The position numbers and the translations under genes were made by a program. This document shows, in pieces, positions 59,757-64,000 of a stretch of 64,000 bases of DNA. The DNA lies in contig JAMWBK010000001.1 in the NCBI GenBank assembly GCA_029953675.1, forward strand, positions 2,728,001-2,792,000, in the 5' to 3' direction. Below the pieces are notes generated by a model, which did not search any database, was not told the DNA's origin, and worked only from the letters and a program-made list of their open reading frames with translations. The stretch is from Rhodosorus marinus CCMP1338. Its lineage: Eukaryota > Plantae > Rhodophyta. Numbering within the stretch: the stretch's first letter is position 1; each line of letters begins with the position of its first letter.

Positions 59757-62700
59757 TTCAGCGGGTATATAGACACAAAAATGTCACACTATCTCGCCTT
59801 GCTGATGTAGTCAAGCATGGACACCCGTATCGTGGACGCGACATGGGCTTACAAGGTTTCCATGCGCTTCCACAAAATTTCCGGTACCGCAGTCTCGGTA
59901 AGATCGAGTAAGGTCTAATTTTCGTAGTTTTATCTCAGTAGCGTTGAAGGAATTTCACGGCTGTGTCTAGACCCACGCAGCATTCGCTGGTATCTGAAGG
60001 GGCTTGCTGATGTAAACCACCCATCCTGGTGGTTGTGGCTGTCACCATCCTACCCACCTTCTTCCCTCCCGACTTGCGCTGGACCCTTACAAGTTTTACC
60101 AGCCTATCTTTCGAAAGCATGAACTCCTCATGTACGCGGGAGGGTCGAATCATTGCTGTCCGAAGATTCCCCATGAATAAGATTGGCGGATTACGAGCTC
60201 TGAGGAGATTCCGTTACAACTTCTTTCTAGTCCCACTTCGGTGAACTCTGAAAACCCGATCCCCCACATCTCCAACCCCGCCCGGCACCACCTTCAAAAA
60301 AAACAGAAATCGGACAGAATCTTTCGCGGCAGATCAAATCACGAAATGCCATGTCCGCAAGTAAATTGAAGCCTAGTTTTTGCTTATTTTTTCCACTGTG
60401 CGAAAGGTGTACTTGAACACAGAAATTATACGAACTATTCGTATCTTATACCACCCTCACAGGTACCCGCTTCCTCAAACTGCAAACTGGAAACCCCGTC
60501 GACCACCATCCTCCTTGACCACTTCATCAAATTTACAGTTGACCAATTTTCAATTGAACAGCAACCCCCTCACAATAGCTTCCGATTCTATCCAATATGG
60601 TCTTAAATTCAAACATTATTCTCGTTTTCTTTTTTCGTGCCTTCTACTAACCCCCTCGCATTCGATCCTAGTTTTCTAACGGAAATTAAATCCTCTTCCC
60701 TGATCGATCTACAGCCAATCACACCGTACCAGTTAATATTTTTTTTTGTTATGAAAAAGTATTATTATCGTCCAATAAAAATCGATAAGAAAAAATCGGG
60801 GAAAAAGTAAACGTATTTTGTGAACTTAGGGGGAGGGAATTGGCAGATCGCAAGCGTCAGGCCAAAACAAGGTTTCACTCAGTATGCTTGGGGTCTGCCG
60901 AGGAAGTCGGTAGCTCATGGTGATAGGATGGGCGGGGGGAGGGGTGGATAACTGAGCCCAACTGGGTAATAATGGCAGTATTTAAGTTCACAGTAGCTGA
61001 AAAGATCGTCGGAATATATAACGAGTAGAGGGGTTGTGTCAAGAAACGGTTTTCGCGTTGTACGGTGAACTGAACTAGAGAGATGGAATGGGGATCGGGG
61101 ATGTACGTTTGCGGGATTTTGAGAGGGAAGCAGGGCTTATGCCCTTCTTTCTTTTTTTTCCGCTACATCATTCTTCCCTTCCGTTTCTGTTTTCATGAAC
61201 AAGTTTTCTGGTCTCTTCGAATCGCTAACAGTTCGTCCGTTTAACGTGGAATCGTTAGAGGATCAAAGGCTCTCGAGCTGCGTGGATTTTTCCGTATTTT
61301 GTGGTGAACGGTTGTGAACTAGTCCGGAGCTGGACTGGCTGCATATTAGCCGAATCTCGGCCTTGGTTTTGGTTGTTGAATATGAACGTTAATTTTGTAA
61401 GGAGCGAACTGAGTTGATCGGGTTCTGCACGACTTCCGATTCTTGTCCTAGTGCAGAATATTCGGCAAATTCCTGCAGGAGCAAGAAGATGGTCAAGTCT
61501 GCCTTCCATGCGGTTAGATATCCCCTACTCCGCAATGTACCAACGGAAGTCGACGAGAGATTTCGCTAGTTCTCGCTCCCACGAAAAGGGGTGCGATGGA
61601 AGGAGTGTCGTTTTGACCTGCCACTGTAATCTCAGCTTAAAGCCCGTACCACGACTCAGGATTCCTAACTATAACCCACCACCCACAACTAGATCAGCCG
61701 GAGGATGGTTGTGGTGGTCAACCCACAACGCTTTTGCATTCGGTTGCAGTTTCTGCCTTTTACAAAGAAAACAGAAGCCCTCCAGCGGTTTTTGAAATCT
61801 GTTCATCACTGAAAATGAGTTCCACCTTAACTCTAACCATCTCTCTCATCCATTTGCCATCTCCAAAGATCGAAATCCCTCTCCCAAAAGTCGTCTCCGG
61901 AGGGTCGTTCTCGTAAGCAGTCCGTAAATCAAAAAACTTGCTTAAAATTTCAACTGACCAGATGGAATCCTCAACGTGAGTGAAATTAACACATATACGA
62001 ATAAAACTTTACGAAATATAAAAACCTTCAAGTAGCATAACCAATAGATAGTACTGTCGTGTCCAGAGAATTTTGATATGTCCAATTAAAAAATATGCTA
62101 TGCGTCTGTTTGCCTTTTCCTTGACCATTACTGTGTTTAATTAAGTAAGAATAACAGATGCGTAATCGTGAATTGAAGTATAAAAATAGTTTGTCCTATT
62201 TCATTTGAAAACGATTTGGATTTTGTCGCTGCTTATTGGTTGAAACTGTTTATTTAATACGGAAATAATTATGTAAATTTGAAACTTGATAGTTTGGATT
62301 GCTTTTCCTTTTTTTTGCTGGTTGGTTTGATTGGCTAGGGTTGATTTTGCTTTGTTGGTGGTGAGAGGGGTTTCTTAGTGGAAGGAGGTAAGTGGGACTG
62401 GATTGGGGTCGTACGAATGTGGTTGGGAGATCGACTGGATTCGAAGGGAATATCCAAGCGAAGAAAATGTACCTTACAGGAGGTGTGGAAAGCGGCAAGA
62501 TTAGGCGGGGCGTTGGTATCGTCTGGCGCGCCGTAAGTAAGCTCAATCACCCTGGCCGAGGCGTGCTTTGTAGGGAATCACTCGAAGAATCTTGGCATCA
62601 TCTGTCGAAATGATCAAAAAACTCCTCTGTTGTTCACAGAGAGTGCTCCAAAGCGAATCTAGATCTGTCCTCAAGCAAATTGGTTATAAGGACACATTCG

Positions 62701-62790
62701 TCGGTCTCAGTCCGACACTCGCGTACGGTCTAGTAGAAGAACTCGCGTCGGTTAGTAAATTGCATCGGCTTATTTCAAATCTTCAGAGCT

Positions 62791-64000
62791 ATGTTGAAGA
62801 TATCTACAGTACTCGTTCTCCTATCTGCGGCCTGGGCCCTGCAGAAGCCCGAACAGAGGCATTATGGATGCATCAAGGGAAGCGATGTTTGTATATACCC
62901 GACTAATACCGCGGAGTTCCAGTGCGAAACCGTTTTCGATTTTGAGGTCGAATGGCACGTAAAGTCGGGCAAGAAGGCATCGATAGATGACATCAAGGTC
63001 ACCTTCACGGTCCTGGAGACCGGCAAGAAGTACGGCGTTGACCAGTTCTTCCGTATGTCAAAGGGCAAGGAGAGGAGGTGGCCCCTGGAAGTCTACGACA
63101 GCGTGGTGGATGATGAAGCTGAGGTCTATGATTCCATTGCGATCAAGTGGAGCAATGTCTACGTCAGGGAGAAGTTCGGAAAGGGTGATATTAAAGTCAT
63201 GGTGGTTACCCCGAGTGGCAGGACGAGTATCATGTGGAACGTCCACAAGCCGACGAAGAGGATCGCGAAGAATGTTATCCTGCTGGTCGGAGACGGAATG
63301 AACATCAACATGGTATCTGCAGCGCGAATTATTTCCCGTGGTATGGCCGATGGAAAGTACAAGGATCTGATGCATATGCAGAGCCTCCCGTACTTTGGAT
63401 TGATCAACCCCGCCGGAGTCGATTCCATCATCACCGATTCTGCCAACTCTGCATCTACGTTCAACTCCGGTTTCAAATCCTCTGTCAACGCTCTGGGTGT
63501 CTACGTCGATTCCAACACCGATGATGGTGCCAACCTGGACCATCCTAAGGTCGAGCTTCTGGCCGAGCACGTAAGGGACATGGGCATGTCCGTCGGAGTT
63601 GTTAGCACTGCGGAGATTCAGGACGCGACCCCAGCTGCATGCTACGCTCATACCCGTAGACGCGGTGACAAGGCTGAGATCACCCGCCAGGGAATTGAAC
63701 CATGCCCCGGCTGTAGGTATTCCGTGATTCCTGATGTTCTAATCGGAGGTGGAGGAAGGTACTTCCTCCCAAGTTCTTCGTGGGACGGTTCGGACATGTA
63801 CGAGGCGTACGAAAAGGCCGGGTACACGGTGACCTACACGAAGAAGGAGATGGTCAAGGCCGCGAAGAGCAAGAGTACGAAGAAGCTGTTGAACATTTCC
63901 CACTACGGAAACATGAACGTCTGGTTGGACCGAAACGTGTACACTGACAACCTCAAAGTCCAGGAGAATAGTCCCAACCCGGACAAGGTCAAGGACGCCA
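62791..64000 (+). CDS. Secreted alkaline phosphatase (PhoA family), truncated by the window end
   Basis: Signal peptide MLKISTVLVLLSAAWA; AKNVILLVGDGM; active site TDSANSAST; VVSTAEIQDATPAACYAH. No intron seen up to 64000. Confidence 0.92.
   Translation, partial: MLKISTVLVLLSAAWALQKPEQRHYGCIKGSDVCIYPTNTAEFQCETVFDFEVEWHVKSGKKASIDDIKVTFTVLETGKKYGVDQFFRMSKGKERRWPLEVYDSVVDDEAEVYDSIAIKWSNVYVREKFGKGDIKVMVVTPSGRTSIMWNVHKPTKRIAKNVILLVGDGMNINMVSAARIISRGMADGKYKDLMHMQSLPYFGLINPAGVDSIITDSANSASTFNSGFKSSVNALGVYVDSNTDDGANLDHPKVELLAEHVRDMGMSVGVVSTAEIQDATPAACYAHTRRRGDKAEITRQGIEPCPGCRYSVIPDVLIGGGGRYFLPSSSWDGSDMYEAYEKAGYTVTYTKKEMVKAAKSKSTKKLLNISHYGNMNVWLDRNVYTDNLKVQENSPNPDKVKDA

Noticed and set aside
61748-61795. 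gccttttac, the U5 snRNA loop I motif
   Set aside because: The stem register is shifted, the internal-loop CCG is absent, and the Sm-like site is too close and non-canonical.
231-63651. Most short ORFs in the supplied track
   Set aside because: They are antisense or alternate-frame shadows of the spliced genes listed, or low-complexity products of G/C-skewed promoter regions (for example 26647-27675 and 30472-31332).

Overview
Eukaryotic nuclear DNA with compact genes (about 50% GC), many short GT-AG introns (mostly about 50-90 nt) and AT-rich intergenic islands. The MAF/GF-type N-termini resemble plastid transit peptides and suggest a unicellular red alga; this is inference and cannot be confirmed from the window. 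Recognisable genes in order: RAD18, TERT (telomerase reverse transcriptase), RimO, a PPR protein, SHPRH, tRNA-Thr(AGT), an intronless FAD monooxygenase, an RbgA/YlqF GTPase, makorin, a PTP-like phosphatase, a PH-DDHD phospholipase, a coiled-coil protein, a roughly 30-repeat PPR protein, a Cys-rich zinc finger, RAD5, a CMR1/WDR76-like WD40 protein and a secreted alkaline phosphatase cut by the window end. There are also a Ty3/gypsy relic, a 123-bp MITE and several local duplications. Three observations stand out. (1) RAD18, SHPRH and RAD5 (the PCNA-ubiquitination E3 ligases) lie with TERT, makorin and a CMR1-like gene within 58 kb, all on the minus strand. (2) A diverged inverted copy of the TERT 5' end sits head-to-head with TERT and could fold back over its start region. 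(3) A 1-nt indel between the two copies leaves the TERT start codon ambiguous. Exon boundaries were read by eye, so coordinates of spliced genes are approximate.
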